From contig JAHOYX010000098.1 in NCBI GenBank assembly GCA_019038705.1, positions 1 to 46,171 of the forward strand: a stretch of DNA of 46,171 nucleotides. The letters run 5' to 3'. Numbering within the stretch: the stretch's first letter is position 1; each line of letters opens with the position of its first letter. This document shows positions 9,303 through 18,499 of this stretch, in pieces. The DNA comes from Spirochaetales bacterium. Its GTDB lineage: Bacteria > Spirochaetota > Spirochaetia > DSM-27196 > SLST01. The notes under the pieces were generated by a model. It ran no database searches. It was not told the DNA's origin and worked only from the letters and a program-made list of their open reading frames with translations. The position numbers and the translations under genes are program-made.

Positions 9303-11918
9303 TCAGCCACCGGTCTCCGGTCCGATTACCACCAGGTCCGCGTCGAGTGCCGGAACCGTCTCCAACTCTGATCCCCGGAGCGTAAAACTGTGCTCGGTAT
9401 TGTCGATCTCCAGCCTCCGTGTGGTGGCGATCGAACTCCGGCCGGCCGCGCCGTGGGGACCATGACCGATGTGGCCATTCACCGGCGCGTACGCTTCCAC
9501 CCTGATAATTGGCGTGACCCGGTTCTCTGTTCGGGTTCGCGCCTCTGTGTACGGAATGACGGCGCCGGCCCGCACGTAGATGGGAATGGACTCGAGCGTG
9601 ACGGGGACGGCAATCCACCGGCCGTCCGAATCGATACGCTCGTTCGTCCAGAAATCGTACCAGGAACCGGCCGGCAGGTACACGTCACGGACCTTCGCCT
9701 GGGTAAGTGGGCGCAATACCGGCGCCACCAGCAGATCGCTTCCAAGAAGGTACTCGTCCTCGATGGTCCACGCGACGTAGTCATCGGGGTACGCGAGAAG
9801 CAACGATCGAATGACTGGAAGCCCGTCGCGTGAAGCTTCCTGAGCCGTGGACAGGAGGTATGGCAGCAGGCTGTAGCGCAGCTCGGCAAACCGGCGGAAA
9901 ATCCGAGCGGCATCGGAACCGAAACTCCACGGCTCGCGGCTGTTGGTGTTTCCGTTCCCGTGCGTCCGCGCGTGCGAACTCAGCAACCCGAACTGCGCCC
10001 AGCGGATATAGAGTTCCTCGCTTGGCCTTCCGATGAACCCGCCGATGTCGTGCGAGTAGAACGGGATGCCGGACAGCCCGGTGCTGATCGCGCCTTTCAC
10101 TGTCCCGGCAAGCCCGGCCCAGGAACACTGGCCGTCTCCTCCCCAGTGCACGGGGTACCGCTGACTGCCTGCAGTGCCGCTTCTGGCCCAGACAATCCAT
10201 TCCCCCGTCTCATCATGGATTGCGCGGGCAATGCAAGCGTTATAGAAGAGCGAGTAGATGTTGTGTACGCGCTTCCCCGGCAGGGCATGGTAGTTTCCCT
10301 CATCCGGGATGCCCTCGCCATAGTCCACCTTGATTGACGACACGCCGGATCGGACCAGCCCACGGATCTGGGCCGCATACCACTCCGCGGCATCCGGATT
10401 CGTGAAGTCGATAATCGTCTCGTCCGTCCGGCTGCCGACCGTATCTTCAGGGTATCTATACGGCAAACCGTCCGAACCGGTTACGAGGTAGGCCCGGTCG
10501 AGAGCCTCCCGGTAGTTTGCATTGTTCTCCCGGGGAGGAATGAAGTTGTACTGCCACAGACACACCCTGATACCCCGCTCACGAAGGGCCCGCATATGGC
10601 CCTCCGGATCGGGAAAGCGATCCGGCGAGAAGCGCAAATCGCAGTTGTAGGTCTCCGTGAACCACGCAGGGTCCAGGTTGACGACGTCAAACGGTAGATG
10701 TTCCTTATCCGCCTCGGCTGCAATCTGGTCCACCATATCCCAGGAGGTGTAGCTGTTCCGGCTCAGCCAGAGCCCGAAACTCCACACAGGGGGGACCGGC
10801 GCCAGGCCGGTCAGCAGACCATACCGCTTCAGGATTGTTGACGGATCCGGCCCGTGGATGACGAAGTAGTCGAGGATCTCGTCTTCAACAACCACCCCGA
10901 GTGTCGTGAGGTCCTGTGTGCCGATCTCCCATTCGGGATTGGCGGAAGAGTTGACGAACAGACCGTATCCCGCGGACGAGATATAGAACGGTACGTTTAT
11001 GTAGGTTCTTCCGCTGCTTGAGCCGATCGCATCCTTGTTTCGGAAATCAACGGCCCGACCGTTCCTCAGTACACCATCAAAGCGCTCACCCAGTCCGACG
11101 ATGCGCTCCCGTTCGCGAAGCTCAAAACTGTCGAAGAAGGCCCTGCGATCGTTCCACTGCGCCTCACCGGCATCGAAAACATCACTCGTGAAGAGGTCGC
11201 GCTTCTTCTGCGCCCAGATTTCGGTGTCGGCCGAGTCCACCAATGAGAGACGGAACGGGTCCAGGCGAACACGAATCCCGGCTCCGTCACCACCAGCGTC
11301 CATGACGATGGCCGCGGCGCCTTCCCTGGTTCCCATCACTTCGGCCACTGATGCGCCCAGCGCCGGATCCGGGTCTGCAACAAGCATGCGGGAATGTGCC
11401 GGCAGATGGGAGTAGGGGTCCTGACTCGGATCTCGACCCAGACGAACCCGGGTAACACCGGGCGCGAACGCCTCAATCAACGCCCCGCTGGTGTGCTCAT
11501 GCCCACCGCCGGAGAACTGGTGCATCTGAGTCTCGTGCGTCTGGACAAAACGATTCTCGTATGTTTGGCCGGACAGATCGAGAAGTACTCCGCGCGGTGT
11601 AGGGGTCCAGCTGGTTACCGTTTCAAGTCGCAGGTGCGTCGCGCCGTCTGCGGTCCGGAACTCGGACGGCCCGCGGTAGATCCGGGCCATGGTCCGAGCC
11701 TCGCCGGAGCCGTCCAGATCGACGCGCTCGGGAAAATCTTTTGCAAGATCCCAGTCCCCACCTTCCACGTGTCCTACCTTGGTCAATTTGACGTACGTAC
11801 GACACTCATTGTACGCGGCATATTGCGAGCCGTCAAGAAGAAATGTCGTTCTTGCGGGAATCTCATCTTTACACTGGCCCACATGAATGACAGAATCGCG
11901 TAGCATGGTGCCACCCAC
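9303..11918 (-). CDS. GH31 glycosidase, YicI-like (alpha-xylosidase/alpha-glucosidase type)
   Basis: KVDYGEGIP (nucleophile region), HWGGDG and YSHDIGGF resemble YicI-type GH31. The start is uncertain among GTG 11918, ATG 11906 and ATG 11690. Confidence 0.8.
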   Translation of the reverse strand: MGGTMLRDSVIHVGQCKDEIPARTTFLLDGSQYAAYNECRTYVKLTKVGHVEGGDWDLAKDFPERVDLDGSGEARTMARIYRGPSEFRTADGATHLRLETVTSWTPTPRGVLLDLSGQTYENRFVQTHETQMHQFSGGGHEHTSGALIEAFAPGVTRVRLGRDPSQDPYSHLPAHSRMLVADPDPALGASVAEVMGTREGAAAIVMDAGGDGAGIRVRLDPFRLSLVDSADTEIWAQKKRDLFTSDVFDAGEAQWNDRRAFFDSFELRERERIVGLGERFDGVLRNGRAVDFRNKDAIGSSSGRTYINVPFYISSAGYGLFVNSSANPEWEIGTQDLTTLGVVVEDEILDYFVIHGPDPSTILKRYGLLTGLAPVPPVWSFGLWLSRNSYTSWDMVDQIAAEADKEHLPFDVVNLDPAWFTETYNCDLRFSPDRFPDPEGHMRALRERGIRVCLWQYNFIPPRENNANYREALDRAYLVTGSDGLPYRYPEDTVGSRTDETIIDFTNPDAAEWYAAQIRGLVRSGVSSIKVDYGEGIPDEGNYHALPGKRVHNIYSLFYNACIARAIHDETGEWIVWARSGTAGSQRYPVHWGGDGQCSWAGLAGTVKGAISTGLSGIPFYSHDIGGFIGRPSEELYIRWAQFGLLSSHARTHGNGNTNSREPWSFGSDAARIFRRFAELRYSLLPYLLSTAQEASRDGLPVIRSLLLAYPDDYVAWTIEDEYLLGSDLLVAPVLRPLTQAKVRDVYLPAGSWYDFWTNERIDSDGRWIAVPVTLESIPIYVRAGAVIPYTEARTRTENRVTPIIRVEAYAPVNGHIGHGPHGAAGRSSIATTRRLEIDNTEHSFTLRGSELETVPALDADLVVIGPETGG

Positions 11919-13020
11919 TCAGCAGGAGATTGCACGTAAGCTCGGGCTCTCGCTCAAGACAGTTCAGCGTGCATTCAACCAACCAGAGACCGTTTCGCCA
12001 ATCGTCAGGGATCGGGTCTACGAATTTGCGGCACGAATCAACTACAGTCCCAATCGAGGCGCCCGCGCGCTTCAGGGCAGCAGACGCCACCGTGTGGCAC
12101 TGTTCTCGAGGAGCACGCCAAGCTTCTTCTGGAACGATGTCGCAATCGGAGCCAGGATCGCAGCCCGGCAGTTATCACAGCTGGGGCTTGAGTTCCACTA
12201 CCGTCGGGTATCCAGCTATGACTCGTGTATTCGAGCGCTCAGGACGGTCGTCCGCGACGGCGTAGATTGTATTGGGCTCGTCAATCACACCGGTATGCAA
12301 ATGGAGCGAATCCTGGAGTGGATCCGGAGGCGCGATCTGCCGTTTGCCGCATTCAACATAGATTTTGAGGGGGTTGAGCGTCTCTGCTACCTGGGAATCG
12401 ATTATGAGCGCCAGGGCATGCTCGCAGGTGAGGTCATTGCCAAACTTCTGCCTGACGGGGGTGCACTCGGGATCCTCACGTCACCCGAAACACCCGGTTC
12501 GTTCCTGCCTGGCGCGGACATTCAGAACCGACGTCATCGCGGATTGCAGGCGGCGCTTGAGGAGTTTCCGAGTATCCGGAGAGAGGAGATACCAATCCGA
12601 ACGAAGGGGGTTGAAGCTGACCCTGACAAGGTGCTCCGCGCAATCCAGAGCATTGCCGGCCGGAATCGAATAGTCATCTGCATTCCGTCTATTCCCAGCT
12701 ACCTCCTCCGGTACCTGCATGACACGCCGCCGGACAAACGACCGGGGCTGATTGGCTTTGACCTCTCGCCGCAGACTACCAGCCTGTTGGAGCATGGTCT
12801 GATCACGGCCGAGATCTACCAGAACCCGTCTCTCCAGGGATACGGAATCGTGAAACTGCTGGATACGTTCCTGGAAACGGGCCGCAAGCCATCCAGAGAC
12901 AGATACCTCATCACTCCCCAGGTGATCTTCAGCAGCAACGTGGACCAGCGCAATGTCTTTGACATCATCGCTGAGATTTCCGAGCCATCGCACGCATGGA
13001 CCGGCGCTCTTGCTGAATAG
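11887..13020 (+). CDS. LacI-family transcriptional regulator
   Basis: It has the HTH QQEIARKLGLSLKTVQRAFNQPETVSPIVRDRVYEFAARINYSPNRGARAL followed by a periplasmic-binding-protein-like sugar domain. An alternative start is the ATG at 11905. Confidence 0.85.
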   Translation: MTESRSMVPPTQQEIARKLGLSLKTVQRAFNQPETVSPIVRDRVYEFAARINYSPNRGARALQGSRRHRVALFSRSTPSFFWNDVAIGARIAARQLSQLGLEFHYRRVSSYDSCIRALRTVVRDGVDCIGLVNHTGMQMERILEWIRRRDLPFAAFNIDFEGVERLCYLGIDYERQGMLAGEVIAKLLPDGGALGILTSPETPGSFLPGADIQNRRHRGLQAALEEFPSIRREEIPIRTKGVEADPDKVLRAIQSIAGRNRIVICIPSIPSYLLRYLHDTPPDKRPGLIGFDLSPQTTSLLEHGLITAEIYQNPSLQGYGIVKLLDTFLETGRKPSRDRYLITPQVIFSSNVDQRNVFDIIAEISEPSHAWTGALAE

Positions 13021-13063
13021 AGATGCTGCGCGCAACGGTGGTCAAAGGACAGAGCTTCCAGCA

Positions 13064-15220
13064 ATGAGCACTACTAAACCCGACTTCGATGGCCTGATTG
13101 GCGAGATCCGTGCGACCAAACTGCAGTTCAACGACCAGAAGGTCGAGGGATGGGGACACTACGACAGCGACGACCACGGTTGGATACCGCTCGAGCGACC
13201 TGAGTTCGAACCGGAGACCGATCCTGAGACGGGTCTCTGCTCGGGGCCCGCGCTGATTGGTCGCAGCTTCAGGTCATGGCTGGCGGTACATCCGGTGTAT
13301 ATCCACCCTTCCAGCGCGTTGGCCGGAGCATGGGTATCTGTTGCCCCTCGAGTCGGGGAATGGACCGATACACCGGATGAATTCGAACCCATCTGGGAGA
13401 AGTACAACATACGCCAGAGCGGCGCCCAGGGGATGAATCACTTCGGGCCCGACATGAATCTGGGTCTTACTCTTGGCTTCGGTGGATTACTCGACAAGAT
13501 TCGGCACTTCCGAAGAATCAACGCACCTGAAGACAGTTCTTTCTATGACGGGGAAGAGAATGTTGTCCTCGGGATGCAGGAGTTTGTACGAAGGCATGCA
13601 ACCGAGGCGAGCCGTCTCGAGGCGCAGTGCCAGGACCCGGGCCGACGACAGAACTATCGCGCAATTGCTGAAACGAACGAATGGCTCGTGAGCAACCCGC
13701 CGAGGACGCTGCGAGAAGCGGTTCAGTTCCTCGCATGGTTCCAAACCTTCGATCGCATGTACTTCATGGGCGGCGCCATGCAGCAGATTGACACGTTGCT
13801 CTTGCCGTTCTACGAGAACGACATCGCCGCTGGCATTATCTCCGACGACGACGAGGTCGTCTGGTACCTGGTGAGCCTGTTGTTTAATGACACCCATTAT
13901 CACCAGATATGCGGACCCTCTCCGATCGACGGACACGACGTCACCAATCCAATCTCCTTCGCGATACTCGACGCAATGCACAAGCTGGGAATCCCATCGA
14001 ATGTTGCAATCCGGCTCCACGACGGTATTGACGATGAGCTGATGCGTAGAGCTGTCGAGTACCTTTTTGAGGACGGGACCGGCGTGAGCTTCTCGTGTTC
14101 CGGTGGTCTGGACGCGGGCTACGCCAGAAATGGATATCCATTGGAAGTGGCTCGTATGCGGGCGAAAGTTGGATGCAATTGGACCGCCCTTCCGGGCACC
14201 GAGTACTGCCTCCAGGACGTGACCAGGGTGTGCCTGGTGGCTCCTTTCCTCATCGCTTTCTACGAGATGATTGACGACGCCACGTGCACCAATTCCCTGG
14301 AGAATCTATGGGAGAAGTACGCTGGTCATCTTGAGATATGCGTGGAGACAATCAAGAAAGGATTCGACTGGCACCACGAGTACAAGAAGTCGAATGTTCC
14401 GGAGATGATCTTGAATCTCTTCTGCCATGGCCCAATAGAGCGAGGTCTGGACATCAGCGCTGGTGGAGTTGACATATGCAATTTCACCATCGACGGCGTT
14501 GGTCTGGCCACGATAGCAGACTCACTTGGGGCGATTGAGCAACGAGTAGTTGACGAAGGCCGGCTGGAGTGGGAAGACCTCGCACAGTTGCTACGATCGG
14601 ATTACGCCGGCCGAGAAAACGAGCGGCTGATGCTCAAGAACATAGCTCGCTACGGGTCTGGAGCTTCTCGCGGCGACAAGTGGGCGGATCGCCTTTCGGC
14701 ACTGTTCACCGATCTGGTGAAGCGCAGTCCAACACCAAAGCACCAGTTCAATGTTATCCCTGGTTTCTTCTCCCATGGAGTTGTTCGCATGCTTGGTGAG
14801 CATCTCGGGGCGACACCGAATGGGAGACACGCCTACGCAGAGATTTCCCACAGTGCCGATCCGGATCCCGGATTCGACGCCGACGGAACCGGAGCTCCCA
14901 CTGCCAAGAGTATTGCGGTCGCCCGGGTGCAACCTGGCTGGGGAAACTCGGCGCCGCTTCAGATAGACATGGACAGTATGCTGGCGAAGGAACTTGGCGG
15001 TGTCGAGATCATCACGGCGTACCTGAAAGCTCATGATCAGATGGGGGGAACGCTGATCAATATCAACGTAATTTCCAAAGAGAAACTCGTTGCGGCGCAT
15101 GAGAATCCTGACTTGTTCCCGGATCTGGTTGTCCGTGTAACCGGCTATAGCGCCTTTTTCAAATCGCTCTCCGAGGAGTACCGGCAACAGGTGGTGGATC
15201 GGCTCCTCTCCAAGAGCTAG
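13064..15220 (+). CDS. Glycyl-radical enzyme, PFL2-like but divergent and short (718 aa)
   Basis: The C-terminal glycyl-radical motif is VVRVTGYSAFF (Gly codon 15143-15145). The candidate thiyl Cys sits in VGCNW (codon 14174-14176), 323 residues upstream. ATPNGR matches the ATPDGR region of GREs. I chose the start at ATG 13064, after the LacI stop. Confidence 0.85.
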   Translation: MSTTKPDFDGLIGEIRATKLQFNDQKVEGWGHYDSDDHGWIPLERPEFEPETDPETGLCSGPALIGRSFRSWLAVHPVYIHPSSALAGAWVSVAPRVGEWTDTPDEFEPIWEKYNIRQSGAQGMNHFGPDMNLGLTLGFGGLLDKIRHFRRINAPEDSSFYDGEENVVLGMQEFVRRHATEASRLEAQCQDPGRRQNYRAIAETNEWLVSNPPRTLREAVQFLAWFQTFDRMYFMGGAMQQIDTLLLPFYENDIAAGIISDDDEVVWYLVSLLFNDTHYHQICGPSPIDGHDVTNPISFAILDAMHKLGIPSNVAIRLHDGIDDELMRRAVEYLFEDGTGVSFSCSGGLDAGYARNGYPLEVARMRAKVGCNWTALPGTEYCLQDVTRVCLVAPFLIAFYEMIDDATCTNSLENLWEKYAGHLEICVETIKKGFDWHHEYKKSNVPEMILNLFCHGPIERGLDISAGGVDICNFTIDGVGLATIADSLGAIEQRVVDEGRLEWEDLAQLLRSDYAGRENERLMLKNIARYGSGASRGDKWADRLSALFTDLVKRSPTPKHQFNVIPGFFSHGVVRMLGEHLGATPNGRHAYAEISHSADPDPGFDADGTGAPTAKSIAVARVQPGWGNSAPLQIDMDSMLAKELGGVEIITAYLKAHDQMGGTLININVISKEKLVAAHENPDLFPDLVVRVTGYSAFFKSLSEEYRQQVVDRLLSKS

Positions 15221-15235
15221 ACGACAAGGAGCCAA

Positions 15236-15310
15236 ATGCGGAATCAGATACGACAACTCAAGGTGAGGTGCACCTGGTGCGCCAGGCGCATCTGGATCCG
15301 GTGTGGATAG
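15236..15310 (+). CDS. Candidate 24-aa basic Cys-containing micro-ORF
   Basis: AAGGAG (15226-15231) lies 4 nt upstream of the ATG. The peptide is MRNQIRQLKVRCTWCARRIWIRCG. It lies between the GRE and activase genes and has no known family. Confidence 0.15.
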   Translation: MRNQIRQLKVRCTWCARRIWIRCG

Positions 15311-15348
15311 GGGCTGGCCGAACGGACAGGCTCCAGAGACGGACATGA

Positions 15349-16266
15349 ATGAGCATGCACACGACTGAAGAGAGAACCGGCATGGTTTTCAATATCCAGC
15401 GATTCTCGGTCCATGACGGCCCGGGCATTCGAACCACGGTGTTCATGAAAGGGTGCAATCTCCATTGCTTCTGGTGCCACAATCCAGAGAGCATTTCACC
15501 GGTGCAGGAGGTGCAGCTCTTCCCGGACAAGTGCATTGGGTGCGGGAATTGCTTTGAAGTGTGTCCGGTCCACGCACATCGGATGGAAGAAGACCATCGC
15601 GTGCTGGATCGCGAACTCTGCGAACGCTGCGGTAAATGCGTTGATGAATGCTATGCAGGAGCCCTGAAGATGGCCGGCGAGCTCAGGACCGTCTCGGATG
15701 TGATGAGTGTTGTGGAGCGGGACCGAGCCTTCTATGAGACTTCAGAGGGTGGTGTTACATACTCCGGAGGCGAACCGCTGCTTTCGGTGCCCTTCCTGGC
15801 CGAGTTGCTCAGATCGAGCAAGGAGCGTTCGATTCACACGGCCGTCGATACGGCGCTCAACGTCAGTTGGTCCAGCATTGAGAAGATCATTCCCCTGGCG
15901 GACCTGTTCCTCGTGGACTTCAAACACATCGATTCCCGGGCACATCGTGAGGCGGTGGGAGTGGACAACTCGCGGATTCTGGAAAACCTGGAGAAGCTGG
16001 CCCGACACCACGAGCATCTGTGGGTCCGGATACCTGTCATTCCGGGTGTCAACGCGAATCCCGACGTGCTCGCGCGAATGGCCGAGTTCCTGACCAGACT
16101 TGAACGACTCGAGCGCCTTGAGTTGCTCGCGTTCCATGGTCTGGCCGACGCGAAGTACGAGAGTCTTGGACAGGTGTCTTCCGCCTCGGACCTTCCCACC
16201 CCGTCCGACGAAGATCTGGCGAACTTCAGACAGATCTTTCTCAATTATGATCTACCCGTGAAATAG
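15349..16266 (+). CDS. Glycyl-radical enzyme activating enzyme (radical SAM)
   Basis: It has FNIQRFSVHDGPGIRTTVFMKGCNLHCFWCHN (CX3CX2C) and two ferredoxin-like motifs, CIGCGNCFEVCP and CERCGKCVDECY. The SAM-binding motif YSGGEPLL is present. The start could instead be the ATG at 15382. Confidence 0.9.
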   Translation: MSMHTTEERTGMVFNIQRFSVHDGPGIRTTVFMKGCNLHCFWCHNPESISPVQEVQLFPDKCIGCGNCFEVCPVHAHRMEEDHRVLDRELCERCGKCVDECYAGALKMAGELRTVSDVMSVVERDRAFYETSEGGVTYSGGEPLLSVPFLAELLRSSKERSIHTAVDTALNVSWSSIEKIIPLADLFLVDFKHIDSRAHREAVGVDNSRILENLEKLARHHEHLWVRIPVIPGVNANPDVLARMAEFLTRLERLERLELLAFHGLADAKYESLGQVSSASDLPTPSDEDLANFRQIFLNYDLPVK

Positions 16267-16300
16267 CGCTCCCCGGCCGCAGCATGACGACCGCCGCGGC

Positions 16301-18430
16301 CTACAATGACTCGATGTAATCGCTGAGCGCTTCGCGCGCTTCCTGCTCCACCTGGCGCGCATCAATCAGCTCGCGGTTGAGCACCTCCAGTCGATCCTCC
16401 TGGTTCGTGAAAGTTTCCAGGTAACGCTGGTAGATATCCGTTTCCGTATCGAGCACCTCCATGTTGGAGCGGATTCGCTGCTGCTCGCGGTAGATCGTGT
16501 TGATCTCCGCCTCTATCGCGCGTCGTTCGCTGTCGCGCGTCCGGATGACCCGCTGCAGCTCACGGATGCGACGCAATTGTCCGGCCGACTCGGCGTCAAT
16601 GGTCTGCTGGGAGAGGTAGAAGGCGATCTGGTCGTCATTGAGGCTCACAAGTCCGTAGGTCTGAGATCGAATGTACTCCTCCACGATCGGGGCGGTCACG
16701 GTGCCCGTTGGCGGCGCGTCAATCTGGAATCGCCACTGGCTCGCGGTCTCGTCCATCGGCTCGATTTGCCCGATGAGTTCCCAGCCGGATCGCTTGGGGT
16801 GGAAGAAGAAGTAGGGCACACCGTCCTCCGACTCGCTAATCCTGTCAAACACATACTCGGTTGTCTGTTCCTGTCTGAGGGTGGTTTCCAGGATCCCACG
16901 GGTCACACGAACGCGGATGATCTCCTGCGGGATCGACTGGCCCCGGACCAGGACGGTGGTCTTCAAATCGATTGCGTAGCTCAGCAGGCGTTCTTCGCCC
17001 GGCACGAGGTCCGGCAGACGGGCGTCACCGGCGTACCGGGCACCGTCAAAGATGGTGATGGGCCCGGCAAGAAGCTGGGAGCCGGTTTCGTTGTTCATCC
17101 GCAGGCCGGACAGGGGTCGATTTCCGAGTGTTGACGGGTCGTAGATGGCAAGCCGCTCAATGGGGATGGTCGTGGAGACGATCGGGATGAGCGCGGCCCC
17201 GCGTCGGGGGATAGTGACGCCGTGGCTGATGGTGAAGGCAGCGGCCTCCCCGGCCAGGACTGCCGCCGAGACGCCCTGACTGAGATCAATTGGCTCGGGT
17301 GCCGGCTCGGCATAGTAGTCGTAGTCGTCGGCGAAGGCACCGGAGAGGGCCTCCTCCATGGCGTACTCGGGAGCCATTGATCGAGCCGCGGACGGGGCGG
17401 ACATGGACGGCGCCTGCGCGATTCCCCGGTCATACGACGGCGGTGCAACGGACACACCGGTGGTGGGCTGTACCCGTGGTCGCTGGTTGTAGACGGGCGA
17501 GTAGAGGTCCATGACGAAGGAGATGGGTCGCTCGGCAATGAGGCTCAATCGAACATCATCCCAATCGATCTCACCCGTGTTCTCCACAATCGCCCAGCCC
17601 TGGAGCTGTGCGGTCCCGTCATCCTGCAGAACGAGTCGATAGGTCGACTTCCAGACGGGCACCGCCCTGATGTAACCGATTCTGACTCGGCGGCGCCCCT
17701 CTCCCGCAAACTGGATGGTGATGCTCTTGCGGTCCTGTTGGCGGTTTTCGGCGATGACCGCCAGCGCGCTGTCCAATTCCTGCTGGAGCGCGGGGTTGGT
17801 GAAACGCAGTGACCGGATTGACCCAAGGACAACCTGTCGGAACTCGCCGCCAACGAGCAGGTTGAGCAGCGTTTCCCGGCGGGTTCCCTGACCTTCGGGG
17901 ACGGTCTTGTACTCGATCCCGAATATCGTGCCGGTGACCGAAACCGGACCGTCAACGTTCACCTGCTCGCCACGCGCCCGGATGAGGAGCGTTTCAAGAG
18001 CCGGGTTGTCTCCGATTGGAAGCGAGAAACTGTTGAGGATCCGCTGAAGGGGGTCCTGGGACGGGTATGCGACAACCTCGATCCGGCCACCGTCCAGGTC
18101 CTGGAGCACGAGACTCTTCAAGAGATCGTTGATGTCCCCGGATGAGACCGTCAGCGTCACCGTCTCGTCACCCTCAACCACGCCGTCGTGCTGGAAGTAG
18201 CCGACTCCGGTCGTGAAGAGGCTGACAGCAGTGACCGGCAGGCGCTGGTCGCCGGCCGCGGAGAGGCCGAGAACACGGGCTCCCGCGTTTGACCCCGAAG
18301 AGTCCTGCGCCACGCCTGTCGCCGACACCGAAACCAGTCCGGCCACCACGAGCAGCACGACAATCAACAATCGCCGGTTCTCGAGAACCGTTCTTTGCGT
18401 CGTTTCTCGAATCGATCCTGGATTTCGCAT
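16301..18430 (-). CDS. Large secreted or membrane-anchored protein, DUF4139-like, with a C-terminal coiled coil
   Basis: It has the N-terminal anchor RRLLIVVLLVVAGLVSVSATG. The core (WKSTYRLVL...LQGWAIVENTGEIDWDDVRLSLIA) resembles DUF4139 as I recall it. The C-terminus is heptad-rich. I chose the start at ATG 18430. Confidence 0.4.
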   Translation of the reverse strand: MRNPGSIRETTQRTVLENRRLLIVVLLVVAGLVSVSATGVAQDSSGSNAGARVLGLSAAGDQRLPVTAVSLFTTGVGYFQHDGVVEGDETVTLTVSSGDINDLLKSLVLQDLDGGRIEVVAYPSQDPLQRILNSFSLPIGDNPALETLLIRARGEQVNVDGPVSVTGTIFGIEYKTVPEGQGTRRETLLNLLVGGEFRQVVLGSIRSLRFTNPALQQELDSALAVIAENRQQDRKSITIQFAGEGRRRVRIGYIRAVPVWKSTYRLVLQDDGTAQLQGWAIVENTGEIDWDDVRLSLIAERPISFVMDLYSPVYNQRPRVQPTTGVSVAPPSYDRGIAQAPSMSAPSAARSMAPEYAMEEALSGAFADDYDYYAEPAPEPIDLSQGVSAAVLAGEAAAFTISHGVTIPRRGAALIPIVSTTIPIERLAIYDPSTLGNRPLSGLRMNNETGSQLLAGPITIFDGARYAGDARLPDLVPGEERLLSYAIDLKTTVLVRGQSIPQEIIRVRVTRGILETTLRQEQTTEYVFDRISESEDGVPYFFFHPKRSGWELIGQIEPMDETASQWRFQIDAPPTGTVTAPIVEEYIRSQTYGLVSLNDDQIAFYLSQQTIDAESAGQLRRIRELQRVIRTRDSERRAIEAEINTIYREQQRIRSNMEVLDTETDIYQRYLETFTNQEDRLEVLNRELIDARQVEQEAREALSDYIESL

Positions 18431-18499
18431 GCAGGTACCCCCGATCAGTACATTACCGCTATGTCGGCGACGACGCAATCAGAATAGGCACCGGCCGCC

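Noticed and set aside
11792-11801. The CGTACGTACG palindrome as a possible LacI operator in the GH31/LacI divergent region.
   Set aside because: It is only 10 bp and its flanks are not symmetric. It lies inside the plausible GH31 N-terminal coding sequence.
9303-11918. The idea that the GH31 enzyme is a sulfoquinovosidase, which would link the neighbouring GRE to organosulfonate metabolism.
   Set aside because: The regions I can align from memory resemble YicI-type enzymes (KVDYGE, HWGGD, FPDPEG) rather than YihQ. No sulfonate-handling genes are present. I cannot exclude the idea without an alignment.
16267-16300. GGCCGC...GCGGCC as a bidirectional terminator between the activase and the DUF4139-like gene.
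   Set aside because: The stem is only 6 bp with a ~15-nt loop and no U-tract, so it is too weak to call.
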